NCBI GenBank assembly: GCA_963805855.1
Contig: CAWDVW010000002.1
Span: 32,001 to 96,000, forward strand
Direction of reading: 5' to 3'
Source of the DNA: Candidatus Dadabacteria bacterium
GTDB taxonomy: Bacteria; Desulfobacterota_D; UBA1144; Nemesobacterales; CSP1-2
DNA: 64,000 nt
Part shown: positions 21,773-31,459 of the stretch, piece after piece
Position numbering within the stretch: the stretch's first letter is position 1
Layout of the letters: the number at the start of each line of letters is the position of its first letter
The notes under the pieces: model-generated
Databases searched by the model: none
Seen by the model: the letters and a program-made list of their open reading frames with translations, nothing else
Told to the model about the DNA's origin: nothing
Position numbers and translations under genes: made by a program

Positions 21773-23611
21773 TTACTCTACGGTTACACTCTTAGCTAGA
21801 TTTCTTGGCTGATCAATGTCGCAACCTCTCTTTTTGGCAATATGATAGGCAAATAATTGTAATGGAATTGTAAATAACAATGGTGAAAGCTCTTCATTTG
21901 TATTAGGAACATAAAATACATTGTCAACCTTATCTTTTATTTCGTTATCACCTTGAGACGAAATAGCAATCACCTTGCCGTCTCTTGCTTTCACTTCCTC
22001 TATATTGCTCAACATTTTTTCATATATTGAGTTGAGAGGAATTAGAGAAATGACTATCATTCTCCTATCCACAAGTGCAATAGGGCCGTGCTTCATTTCT
22101 CCTCCGGCATAACCTTCGGCATGAAGATAGGATATTTCCTTTAATTTCAGAGCACCCTCTAATGCGATTGGATACATAATTCCTCTTCCCAAAAAGAAAA
22201 AACTCTTTTTCTTCCAATATAGATTTGCTAGATGCTGAATTTCTCTTTCCATTGCAAGCACTTGATTAATTTTTTCAGGAATCGCAGCCAATTCATCCAT
22301 CATCTCACGGAATTGAATCATGCTAATAGCACCTTTAATCTTCCCAACATATAGTGCGAATAAATAAAGAGCCACAACCTGCGAGGTGAATGCTTTAGTA
22401 GAAGCTACCCCTATTTCCGGCCCTGCATGGGTATGTATTACGCCGTCTGACTCTCTAGTGGCAGTACTCCCTACGACATTACATATTGATAGCACTTTAA
22501 AACAAACACTTTTGGCTTTTCTCATAGCTTCCAAAGTATCAGCAGTTTCACCGGACTGAGTTATTCCTATTGTTAAGTTATTTCTATCCAAGATGACATC
22601 CCGGTACCTAAATTCTGATGCTAGATCAACCTCTACAGGAATCCTAGCAATTTTTTCAATAATAGATTTGCCGACAAGTGAGGCGTGCCACGAGGTTCCA
22701 CAAGAAACCAAATGAATTTTTGATATATTCTTAATCTCACCGACTGTAAGATTTAACTCATTCCAGTGAATCCTACCATCATCTAGATTTACTTTTCCAG
22801 AATAGGTGTTTCTTGCCGCTTGGGATTGCTCATGAATTTCCTTTAGCATAAAATGGGGGTAACCGCTCTTCTCTGCCAGTTCGGAATCCCAAGGGATTTT
22901 GTATATATTTTCTTCCCTATCGTACCCATTTTCAAGATTGACTATTTTTACGCCATTTACCCTATCTAGAATTACCAATTCATTCTCGTTTACAAAAATA
23001 GCATCCTTCGTACATGTTAGAATCGCCGGCAAATCCGATGCAAGAATATATTCTCCATTTCCCTTGCCGATGACTAATGGACTACCCTTTCGCACTGCTA
23101 TGATTTTATCTGGATCGGTACTACTCATTATTGCGAGTGCGTAGGTTCCCTTTATTTCTCTTAGCGCAGACGTTATAGCTTTCAATAGATTTCCATCTTT
23201 GAGCTTTCTTTCTATAAGATGTGCAATTACTTCCGTGTCAGTCTCCGAAAGTAGGGTATGACCGTCAGCTATTAGGGATTTTTTTAGTAAAGAAAAATTT
23301 TCAATTATTCCATTATGTACGACAGCAATTGTTCCCGTGCAGTCGCGGTGCGGATGCGAATTAATATCACTTGGTTTTCCATGAGTAGCCCAACGTGTGT
23401 GACCTATTCCCACATGACTATCGTAGAAGGAGTTTTCAAGCATGGATTCAAGGTTTTTCAACTTACCAAGTCTCTTCCGCAAAATAACGTTGCCATTTTC
23501 AATAAATGCAATGCCTGCTGAATCGTAACCACGGTACTCAAGCCTTCTAAGTCCCTCTAATAATAAGGGCACCGCATGCCTTTTCCCGATATATCCGACT
23601 ATTCCGCACAT
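21773..23611 (-). CDS. glmS: Glutamine-fructose-6-phosphate transaminase
   Basis: MCGIVG, LEYRGYDSAG, GHTRWATHG and PRNLAKSVTVE motifs. Confidence 0.97.
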   Translation of the reverse strand: MCGIVGYIGKRHAVPLLLEGLRRLEYRGYDSAGIAFIENGNVILRKRLGKLKNLESMLENSFYDSHVGIGHTRWATHGKPSDINSHPHRDCTGTIAVVHNGIIENFSLLKKSLIADGHTLLSETDTEVIAHLIERKLKDGNLLKAITSALREIKGTYALAIMSSTDPDKIIAVRKGSPLVIGKGNGEYILASDLPAILTCTKDAIFVNENELVILDRVNGVKIVNLENGYDREENIYKIPWDSELAEKSGYPHFMLKEIHEQSQAARNTYSGKVNLDDGRIHWNELNLTVGEIKNISKIHLVSCGTSWHASLVGKSIIEKIARIPVEVDLASEFRYRDVILDRNNLTIGITQSGETADTLEAMRKAKSVCFKVLSICNVVGSTATRESDGVIHTHAGPEIGVASTKAFTSQVVALYLFALYVGKIKGAISMIQFREMMDELAAIPEKINQVLAMEREIQHLANLYWKKKSFFFLGRGIMYPIALEGALKLKEISYLHAEGYAGGEMKHGPIALVDRRMIVISLIPLNSIYEKMLSNIEEVKARDGKVIAISSQGDNEIKDKVDNVFYVPNTNEELSPLLFTIPLQLFAYHIAKKRGCDIDQPRNLAKSVTVE

Positions 23612-23666
23612 AATAAATTATCTTTTAACAATATTTTATGAATCAAACAAGATACGCTGAAGAAAC

Positions 23667-24143
23667 CTAATGACGACTCGACAAAGTATTAATGTAGAAG
23701 TCAGACCATCTAAGAATAACTCTTGACATAAATTTTCTTTCGATCCAAACTTCGGATCTCGTTAAAGCCCGAACTGATTTTGCTAATTCTGTGGAGGATG
23801 CATTTTTATTGATATATCCTAAGCAGCCTGCAAAGATGGCCCCCATGATTCTTTCCGGATCATATTTACTTGTTAGTAATAGTACTTTCAGACGAGGAGA
23901 TTTTTCCTTTATAAACTGCATGATTTTTAATATATCTAAGCTGGTCATATCGGCATCAAGAATAAGAATATCCCCTGAAATCGGACCATTTAGGATTTCT
24001 TCAATATCATTGGTCGATGATGCTTGCGCTATTATTTCCAATTCTTTTTCAGAAGTTAAAATCTTTATTATTGCTTCACGCTCTAACGCATACTCACTGG
24101 CTACGATAATTTTGGAGTAGTTTGATAACACACCGATTGGCAT
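23667..24143 (-). CDS. Atypical receiver domain of a NarL/VpsT-like regulator, lacking the HTH
   Basis: IVASEY (no DD pocket), DILILD and EVWIERK motifs. Stops before a LuxR HTH. Confidence 0.7.
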   Translation of the reverse strand: MPIGVLSNYSKIIVASEYALEREAIIKILTSEKELEIIAQASSTNDIEEILNGPISGDILILDADMTSLDILKIMQFIKEKSPRLKVLLLTSKYDPERIMGAIFAGCLGYINKNASSTELAKSVRALTRSEVWIERKFMSRVILRWSDFYINTLSSRH

Positions 24144-24469
24144 GGGGCATTAATAGATATTTCTCGATATGTAATTTGAATCTATTAATTAGGGTTTATG
24201 ATGATTCACTAATATTAGTGGAAAGAAATTTTTGACATATCTAAAAGAACTTGTTTTTACCTTCACTGATTATATCAAAATATATGAATCCCCAATGGGA
24301 TATTGAGGTTAAAGAAGTTCAAACCTTAATAATATAAACATGATAAAAAATCATAATTATCCAAATGGTTTCTATATTGTACTTGAGGGGATCCACTATC
24401 AAGTTCGAAATAATTCAATCCAGAGCAAACTTGCACTATATTATTGTTATACGAAATTATTCCTTTCAG

Positions 24470-25132
24470 CTAATTTACTGCAATACCCTTTCGATAGCCA
24501 TAAAGTATTAGCTCGGATCTGCTCTTAACAGATAGCTTCCTAAAAATTTTATACAGGTGAAACTTTACTGTCTTTTCACTTAAAAATACGTCTCTAGCGA
24601 TTTGCTTGTTGGATTGACCTCTTAAAACCAATTTTAGAATTTTCAGTTCGGTTTTACTGAGGTCATATACAGAGCTGTGTCTTTTCTTACTTATTCTTTT
24701 ACAGTTAGATAGGTGGGCTTCTAGAGCATTACACATTATCTTCCTTTCTACCCAAAGTTGTCCATCTTTTACAGCATGAACTGCCGTCTTAAGCTGATTT
24801 GAATTAGACTCCTTCGACAGATAACCTCTTACACCTGATAAAATCGTATCTGCAAGGTCATCTTCATCGAATTTGTCATCAATAATTAATAATACTTTAC
24901 TGCCATTTTTGTTCCTAAACGACTCCAGGATCCTTGAAAGGTTTAGACCTTGTAGCATTACATCAAGCAGCAAGATGTCAAAGCGGAACTCCTCGCAGGA
25001 TTGAATCAGTTCCAATAAATTAGACACTTCGGCAACTATTTGTATGCCTTCATCCTCATGTAGCATCTTAGATATTCCTTCTCTTAATAACGTATTTTCA
25101 CACGCTACTACTACCCTAGCTAAATCAGGCAT
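24470..25132 (-). CDS. LuxR/NarL-family regulator with atypical REC
   Basis: VACEN, DILLLD and QLWVERK motifs; HTH SNKQIARDVFLSEKTVKFHL. Likely start 25132 after an AAGGGG RBS. Confidence 0.85.
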   Translation of the reverse strand: MPDLARVVVACENTLLREGISKMLHEDEGIQIVAEVSNLLELIQSCEEFRFDILLLDVMLQGLNLSRILESFRNKNGSKVLLIIDDKFDEDDLADTILSGVRGYLSKESNSNQLKTAVHAVKDGQLWVERKIMCNALEAHLSNCKRISKKRHSSVYDLSKTELKILKLVLRGQSNKQIARDVFLSEKTVKFHLYKIFRKLSVKSRSELILYGYRKGIAVN

Positions 25133-25864
25133 TTCATTCCCCCTTATTTTCGAGATAAAGTTATGAGCTGGATTAGAGGGTTGTCGCAATTTAGATTGAT
25201 GATTGAATTGATCGGAGCAAAAAGAGTGTTTTAAGAACTACCAGACATTAGAAACAATTTAGCGAATCAAAGCTACCGCAATCCACTTACATATGTGATT
25301 TCCATTCGAATTTATGATGTTTTCGTATTTACCCCAATGATGTTTTACTATTTATCCCATTTTACGAGTCTGACATCAATTGGACGACAGTTTAATTATT
25401 AAGTGATCATTGGTATTAGTATTAAGGTGAGTCAAGACTTAAGTTAGCAGGCACTCATTAATCTTATAGTTTTTCTTTTAGTTTTTCTTTGCCTAATAAT
25501 TTCGATAAACGGAAAAATTGAACAGTTAATAGCGCAAATGCATTCTCAAATTTATAGCAGGATTTATATAAGGATGGAGTTAAGTTGGGTAGACATTTCG
25601 GTAGAGCTAGATATTAGTTTAGATGAAGAGTTTATGTTGGATTAGCAGATTCGATCTATGAGTAAAATAAAGTTTTAGATCAAAAAAATGATTTTGGAGA
25701 TCTAGATTCTTTACCGGTAGATTAGAAGAATTTCTTAGTTTTCAAAAAAACAAATTAGGCCAACTTAGGGATGTCCACCAATCACATAAATTGTTTCAAT
25801 TTTTTAGTAATCGAAATTTACTAGATCACGAAGGACGACTAGAAATGAGGAGATTTTCCGGATT

Positions 25865-26557
25865 TTAATTCAACATTCCATTGCGAAAACAATGAAGTAT
25901 TAGCTGAGACCTGCTCTTTAAAGAAAGTTTCTTGAAAACTTTATACAAATGAAATTTTACTGTCTTTTCACTTAGGTACAGATTTTCAGCAATCTTTTTG
26001 TTAGAATCACCATTCACAACCATTTTTACAATGTTGAGCTCCGCATTAGTTAAATCATATAATGTGCTTGTTCGTGATCGCCTTCTTTTAATGTCAGGAT
26101 ATAAGAAGGCGTCAAAAGCCTTAGCCGTGATCTTTCTTTCTATCCAAAGTTGACCCTCGTGGACAGCATTTATAGCCTTCCTGAGCTGCATTGAATTTGA
26201 ATCCTTCAATATATAACCTCTTAACCCCGAAGATATAGCATCTACCAGTCCATCTTCATCGTAGTGTTTGTCAACGATCAATATGACCTTTCCACTATTC
26301 TTCTTCTTTACCAACCGCAGAATCTTTTTGAGATTTAATCCATTTAAATCCACTGAAACCAACAATACGTCAAATGAATATTCTTGACAGCTTTGAATCA
26401 CTTCTAAAGGATTAGAAGTCTCGGAGACAATTTCAATGTTTTTATCCTCTTTCAGTATCGTCGCTATTCCCTCCCTAAATAATCTATTATTTGAGGCTAA
26501 AATTATGTTGATTTTTTTATTCTTTGTTGAACTAAGAGTTTCCTCTGATTCTATCAT
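25865..26557 (-). CDS. LuxR/NarL-family regulator with pseudo-receiver (Asp->Ser)
   Basis: ILASNN, DVLLVS and QLWIERK motifs; HTH SNKKIAENLYLSEKTVKFHL. Confidence 0.85.
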   Translation of the reverse strand: MIESEETLSSTKNKKINIILASNNRLFREGIATILKEDKNIEIVSETSNPLEVIQSCQEYSFDVLLVSVDLNGLNLKKILRLVKKKNSGKVILIVDKHYDEDGLVDAISSGLRGYILKDSNSMQLRKAINAVHEGQLWIERKITAKAFDAFLYPDIKRRRSRTSTLYDLTNAELNIVKMVVNGDSNKKIAENLYLSEKTVKFHLYKVFKKLSLKSRSQLILHCFRNGMLN

Positions 26558-26588
26558 AATATATCACCAATAGTTCTCATAAAAAATT

Positions 26589-27101
26589 CTAAAGCATTTC
26601 AATGTCCTGTATATGAACTTCAACGCTTACAGATCTTTTAATCAGATCAACAGATAATACAACAAGATGTTTTGATGACCTTTTGTCTATAACTTTCCCT
26701 ACGATGCCTGCGAGAGGACCATTCTTTATTTCAGCCTCTGCTCCAACATTAATATAGGGGTAAGAATCATATTTGAGATCGCTGTTAACGAGCTTAACGA
26801 CCGATTCAATTTGCTCATTAGGAATTGGGTAAGGCACTCCATTTATGCCAACCATTCTTAATACGCCCTTAGAATAGATGACATTATGTACATCTTTTTG
26901 AAGTATATTTACAAAAACGTAGGAGGGGAAAAGAGGCACAGTAATTAATTTTTTACGATCTTTCCACCTGGATAAAACGCTTCTTAAGGGTAAAAAGGTT
27001 ATAATACCCCCCCTCACGAGAAATTCGTTGGTTAACTTCTCGTGACGACTTTTCGTATAAACTGCATACCAGCGTAGTAAATCAGATTGTGAAGTATTCA
27101 C
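26589..27101 (-). CDS. UpxY/RfaH/LoaP-type NusG-family antiterminator
   Basis: WYAVYTKSRHEK, FLPL..W.DRKK..PLFPSYVFV and KOW motif IKNGPLAG. Confidence 0.9.
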   Translation of the reverse strand: MNTSQSDLLRWYAVYTKSRHEKLTNEFLVRGGIITFLPLRSVLSRWKDRKKLITVPLFPSYVFVNILQKDVHNVIYSKGVLRMVGINGVPYPIPNEQIESVVKLVNSDLKYDSYPYINVGAEAEIKNGPLAGIVGKVIDKRSSKHLVVLSVDLIKRSVSVEVHIQDIEML

Positions 27102-27292
27102 CCCATCTCTCGTTGTAATGAAAATTCAAGTCCCCCATCTCATATAATAAAACAGATTTATAAGTATAACCCACAATACAAATATTTTTCTGTCAGATAT
27201 TCACTGATTCTGTTGTAGGTGTTTGCCCTATAACCCTATGGGATTAAAGCGAAAAAAGTGTTGGCGGAGATTAATTTACTTAAATACCAGGT

Positions 27293-27931
27293 TCAATCTA
27301 CAAGACCGTTTTTCATGCAGTAACGTATAATTTCCGCGTTCGATTGTAGATTCATTTTTTGCAGAATGCGTGCCCGGTATGTGCTTATGGTTTTAACACT
27401 CAGATACATGTTTTCAGCTATTCCCTTTAAGGTCTTCCCAGAAGCAATCAAACACAAAACCTGGTACTCACGGCGGGACAATTGATGATGGAGAGGCTTT
27501 TCAGTATCTGCTTCTAATTCTAAATTAATTGCCAATTTCTCAGCTAATGATGAACTGACGTATTTACCTCCAGCAAGCACTTTTCTTACTGCTTTTGCCA
27601 ACTCCTTAGGAACACTATCTTTTGTTACATAGCCAGCTCCTCCTAACTTCAGAGCACGCACAGCAAATTGATCTTCAGGATGCATACTCAAAATAAGCAC
27701 AGGAAGATTTGGACGTAGATGCTTCACTTCTCTTAGTACATTCAGACCGTTATCGCCTGGCAGGGTAATATCCAATATCAAAACATCCCAATTCTCTTCC
27801 CTTAGACATTTGAGTGTCTCTTCGGCATCTTTAGCTTCGCCAAAACTCTCAAAATCCGGCTCCCCTGCCAGAATTTGTTTTACCCCTTCCCGAACGACGG
27901 CGTGATCATCTGTAATTAGCACTTTTGCCAT
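27293..27931 (-). CDS. Canonical NarL/UvrY-family response regulator
   Basis: ITDDH, VLILD and GYVTKD motifs; HTH LSVKTISTYR. Overlaps its cognate kinase. Confidence 0.9.
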   Translation of the reverse strand: MAKVLITDDHAVVREGVKQILAGEPDFESFGEAKDAEETLKCLREENWDVLILDITLPGDNGLNVLREVKHLRPNLPVLILSMHPEDQFAVRALKLGGAGYVTKDSVPKELAKAVRKVLAGGKYVSSSLAEKLAINLELEADTEKPLHHQLSRREYQVLCLIASGKTLKGIAENMYLSVKTISTYRARILQKMNLQSNAEIIRYCMKNGLVD

Positions 27932-29897
27932 GACTTTTACCCATACTCTTTAGAGGTACCTTTACTGTAATTGTTGTACCTTTTTTTGGTACACCATTGA
28001 TTTTGAGCTCTCCTCTCAACAAAAGTGCTCGTTCTCTCATTCCTATCAACCCAATAGATTTAGGATCTGAAATCTTACTGTTTCTAATTCCTTTTCCATT
28101 ATCCCTAATTTCGAGAATCAGATGTCTCGCATTCTTCCTCAATTTTGTGCTTACCCTGGTTGCATCTGCATGTCGAGCCACATTTGTCAAGCTTTCCTGA
28201 AATACACGAAAGATCGCTGTTGACTTATCTTCATCCAATTCGACATGATCGACATTTGAGCGAATATCACAATTTATTCCGGTTCGCGTATTGAATTCCT
28301 GGGCTTGCCATTCCATCGCTTCGATAAGACCAAGGCCGTCCAATATCCCTGGTCTTAATTCTGTGGCAATCTGTCGTACCTTACGAATAGAGCCATCTAC
28401 CAGTTCGGATATACATTTTGTCTTATCCGAAACGCGTTGCTGTACCTTAAGAGTTTCAGAAGATAATATTCTTTCTATTAGAGACAGCTCCATTTTTAAT
28501 GCCGTCAATTCCTGACCCAGCTCATCGTGAACTCCACGCGCAATTCTGGTTCTTTCCTCCTCCCGCACGGACTGCAAATGGCCGGCAAGTGCTCGCAGTT
28601 GTTCACGAGAATTTCTTATTTCTTTTTCTGCTCGCTTGCGCTCGGCGATTTCTTTTACTAGTAGCGCATTCGCCTTTGCGAGGTCGGCGGTCCTTTCCTC
28701 AACACGCTGTTCCAGGTCGTCGTGCGCTTTTTTCAACGCCTCCGCGTGCATTGCGTAGGTTATGGATGTCTCGATTTGCTGGGCTAGTTTTACAAGCAGC
28801 TTAATCTCTTCCTTATCGAAGACTCTTTTTTTATAAGAATTAACACCTAAGACCCCGATAATCTTACCATCATTTCTCATGGGCATAGTCACATAGCTCT
28901 TGATTCCTAATTCTCTTCCGGCTTGACCGATGATTTTATCTTTATCGGTATCAGGCACGTGCATGAGCTCGCCATCTAAAATAGTTTTCCAAATAAATCC
29001 CTTGGGATAAGGAATTTTTCCTATCCGCTTAATGAACCAAGCGGGCAAGCCTCTATGAGCCTTTAGAACTGCTTCCCTACCCTCTACAAGGAAAACTCCG
29101 GCATTGTGTACTTCATCCATGTTTTCAATCATTGCATCAAGAGCGTTATCAATGACTTGTTGGAAATTGATTGACTGATTGACGCTCTTTGCCACAGCGG
29201 AAATGATTTTTTCATAACTATTCTTTCTTGAAACGTCTTTATACAACTTCGCTTTTGCAACCGCTGTTCCAATTTGATTACCTATTGAAGAAAGTAAATC
29301 TATTTGTTGCTTATTATATTTATGTTCGTTATAACTAGCGAACCAAATGACTCCCATAACCTTTTTTTCCAGAATGATCGGTATCGCCAAAGCGCTCTGA
29401 TGTCCAAGTTTCTTTCCTGCGTGACCTATATCTTTATCCTTTTGAATGTTATCAATATTGACTACTTCCCCTAATTTAATTACTTTCCAAGTGACTCCAG
29501 CGGGATTGGGTATTTCCCCAGCTCTACGGATGTAATCGTCACTAAGGTTTCTATGTGCTTGGAGGACTGCTGTATTTCTATCAACATCTATCAAATAAAT
29601 CATAGCAATGTCTACGTACTCTAATGCTGTGACCTCATCTAATGCGATTTTGTATACCTGTCGTAAGTCAAGTAGCTGATGGACGGCTTGAGAAATTCTA
29701 TTTAATATTTCTAAGTCCTTATTCCTACTGGTTAGATCAAGGTAGAAAGCTTTAAGCTTATCAGCGTGTTCCTGGGATTTCCCAAACAACATGGCGTCGT
29801 GGCAAAATGCCTTCAACGCTTCAAATCTTTGATTCGTATCTGCTAACTCGGTTACGAGTTGATCTTTTGTCTGAGAATCAATTTTCATGTTCACCAC
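27906..29897 (-). CDS. Cytoplasmic GAF-GAF HisKA_3 sensor kinase
   Basis: EERTRIARGVHDELGQ, QESLTNVARHA, DNGKG and GLIGMRER motifs; two GAF repeats. Confidence 0.9.
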   Translation of the reverse strand: MVNMKIDSQTKDQLVTELADTNQRFEALKAFCHDAMLFGKSQEHADKLKAFYLDLTSRNKDLEILNRISQAVHQLLDLRQVYKIALDEVTALEYVDIAMIYLIDVDRNTAVLQAHRNLSDDYIRRAGEIPNPAGVTWKVIKLGEVVNIDNIQKDKDIGHAGKKLGHQSALAIPIILEKKVMGVIWFASYNEHKYNKQQIDLLSSIGNQIGTAVAKAKLYKDVSRKNSYEKIISAVAKSVNQSINFQQVIDNALDAMIENMDEVHNAGVFLVEGREAVLKAHRGLPAWFIKRIGKIPYPKGFIWKTILDGELMHVPDTDKDKIIGQAGRELGIKSYVTMPMRNDGKIIGVLGVNSYKKRVFDKEEIKLLVKLAQQIETSITYAMHAEALKKAHDDLEQRVEERTADLAKANALLVKEIAERKRAEKEIRNSREQLRALAGHLQSVREEERTRIARGVHDELGQELTALKMELSLIERILSSETLKVQQRVSDKTKCISELVDGSIRKVRQIATELRPGILDGLGLIEAMEWQAQEFNTRTGINCDIRSNVDHVELDEDKSTAIFRVFQESLTNVARHADATRVSTKLRKNARHLILEIRDNGKGIRNSKISDPKSIGLIGMRERALLLRGELKINGVPKKGTTITVKVPLKSMGKSHGKSANYR

Positions 29898-30041
29898 CCC
29901 AAATCGGCTTATTATTCATATTAATAATACCTTAATAGGTCGGAGTGAAACAAGTAACGGAGTTAGATCATATAAAAATCCCTCGAAATTTGACTTAGTA
30001 TCTCCTGGTTATCTAGGACTCAAGCCATTGGAGATACTACG

Positions 30042-30727
30042 ATGATTGGAGCCTTTGAATTGCAACTAACACAGAAGCTGGCAAAGGGGTATTAGAAATG
30101 TACTAAGAGGAGGAAGGGTGAGATTCTCAAAAAGTATTCTCTACTTACGGAGGTGAGTAGAAATACCGAATTAAAGAGGCTTTGCAAAGAGATAAGGAAT
30201 ATTTCCCCAGAGTGTTTCCAAAAGAGAACAGTTATACGAGGCGTGGACCCAAGAATATGTTCAACGCTATCCAGAGGGAGATAATAAGGAGATGCTGGGA
30301 ACTGGGCGAGAATATCTGCGCAGTGAGGCTCCATCCTATGTTATCGAGATACATAGATCAACTGGATACAAAGGGAATGCTGAAGATCTGCCTTAGCGAG
30401 GATATAGACATAACAAAGCGCATTTCCCTTGGGATATTAAAGAGGGTTATCTCCTTTCCCAAAACGGGTAGTAAAAAACACAAGGGAATTGCTTCAATTT
30501 ACAAACAGACCCCCATTGCAGCCTACTTCTCTCAATTCGCAGATAGGCCTGGATACGTAATGATAGACTTTGTTGAACGGAATGGAGCTGTATCCTCAGA
30601 TCTATTTGTAGTTACCGGTACGTATACAGATATCTTCTCGGGTTGGGTAGTTAGAGCAGATTGGCTGGGCAGAAATCAACATAGCGTCTCAAGCATTGGC
30701 AAGATAGGTACTAGTCAAAATAAATAA
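30042..30727 (+). mobile_element. Degraded DDE/integrase-core transposase remnant
   Basis: MIGAFELQLTQKLAKGY*KCTKRRKGEILK, then ICAVRL, PGYVMIDFVERNG and TYTDIFSGW. Contains stops and is truncated. Upstream inverted repeat agtatctcc/ggagatact. Confidence 0.6.
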
Positions 30728-31459
30728 TTTGTAAGCGCGCTGACGGCAATAAAGTCTACCATCCCACAAACTTGAAAAAGCGCGAAAAATGAAAAGTTGA
30801 TACTACTATTTCCAGGGGGGGCTAATCGAAGATTTCTAATTAATTTGGTCAAGCATAAAGTGCTCGAAGACTTCTTAAACATTAGGCCAAGCTAGTATAC
30901 AAGAATCCTTGAAACGCGTATTTCCCTATAACATCCTCATTTACTTATATGTTAAATGGAGTTATAAGTATTTGTTATAATTGCAAGTTGATGGGGCTAA
31001 TAATTCATGTTTCAATTTTGGTTGCTTACGTTATCCCATTTTAATTAGGGTGGTAAAGTTTTTATCAAGCAGTTATAGCCAAGAGAAAATGAAAGGATTT
31101 ATGCATAAGAGAAACGGACCTCTTTTACTGTTATAAGTTATAATATTAAAAATTAGATAAAATACCAAGCTTTTCCATAATCTATAATCTTATGATCGTT
31201 CTATGTGATTCAAAAAGCGAGAGCAGTTGTGTTAGAGTTGTAATTTTTGGGATATTTAGGTTGGCAAGTCCAGCAATTTTATCATTCACCATAATTGACT
31301 TGCATCCAGTCAAACTCGATAACTATCTCGATGTATATTCGGAAAAACCATCATAGACGAATTTCTAAAAAGGAAATGAAATAAATAAGAAGTGACTGAG
31401 GATTTTGCTATGGCGGTATTTACTAGCTTGATCGAAAAGGAAGAAAAGAACGTAGCTCA

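Noticed and set aside
23612-23666. glmS ribozyme
   Set aside because: Only 55 AT-rich bases separate glmS from the upstream gene, leaving no room, and no consensus is present.
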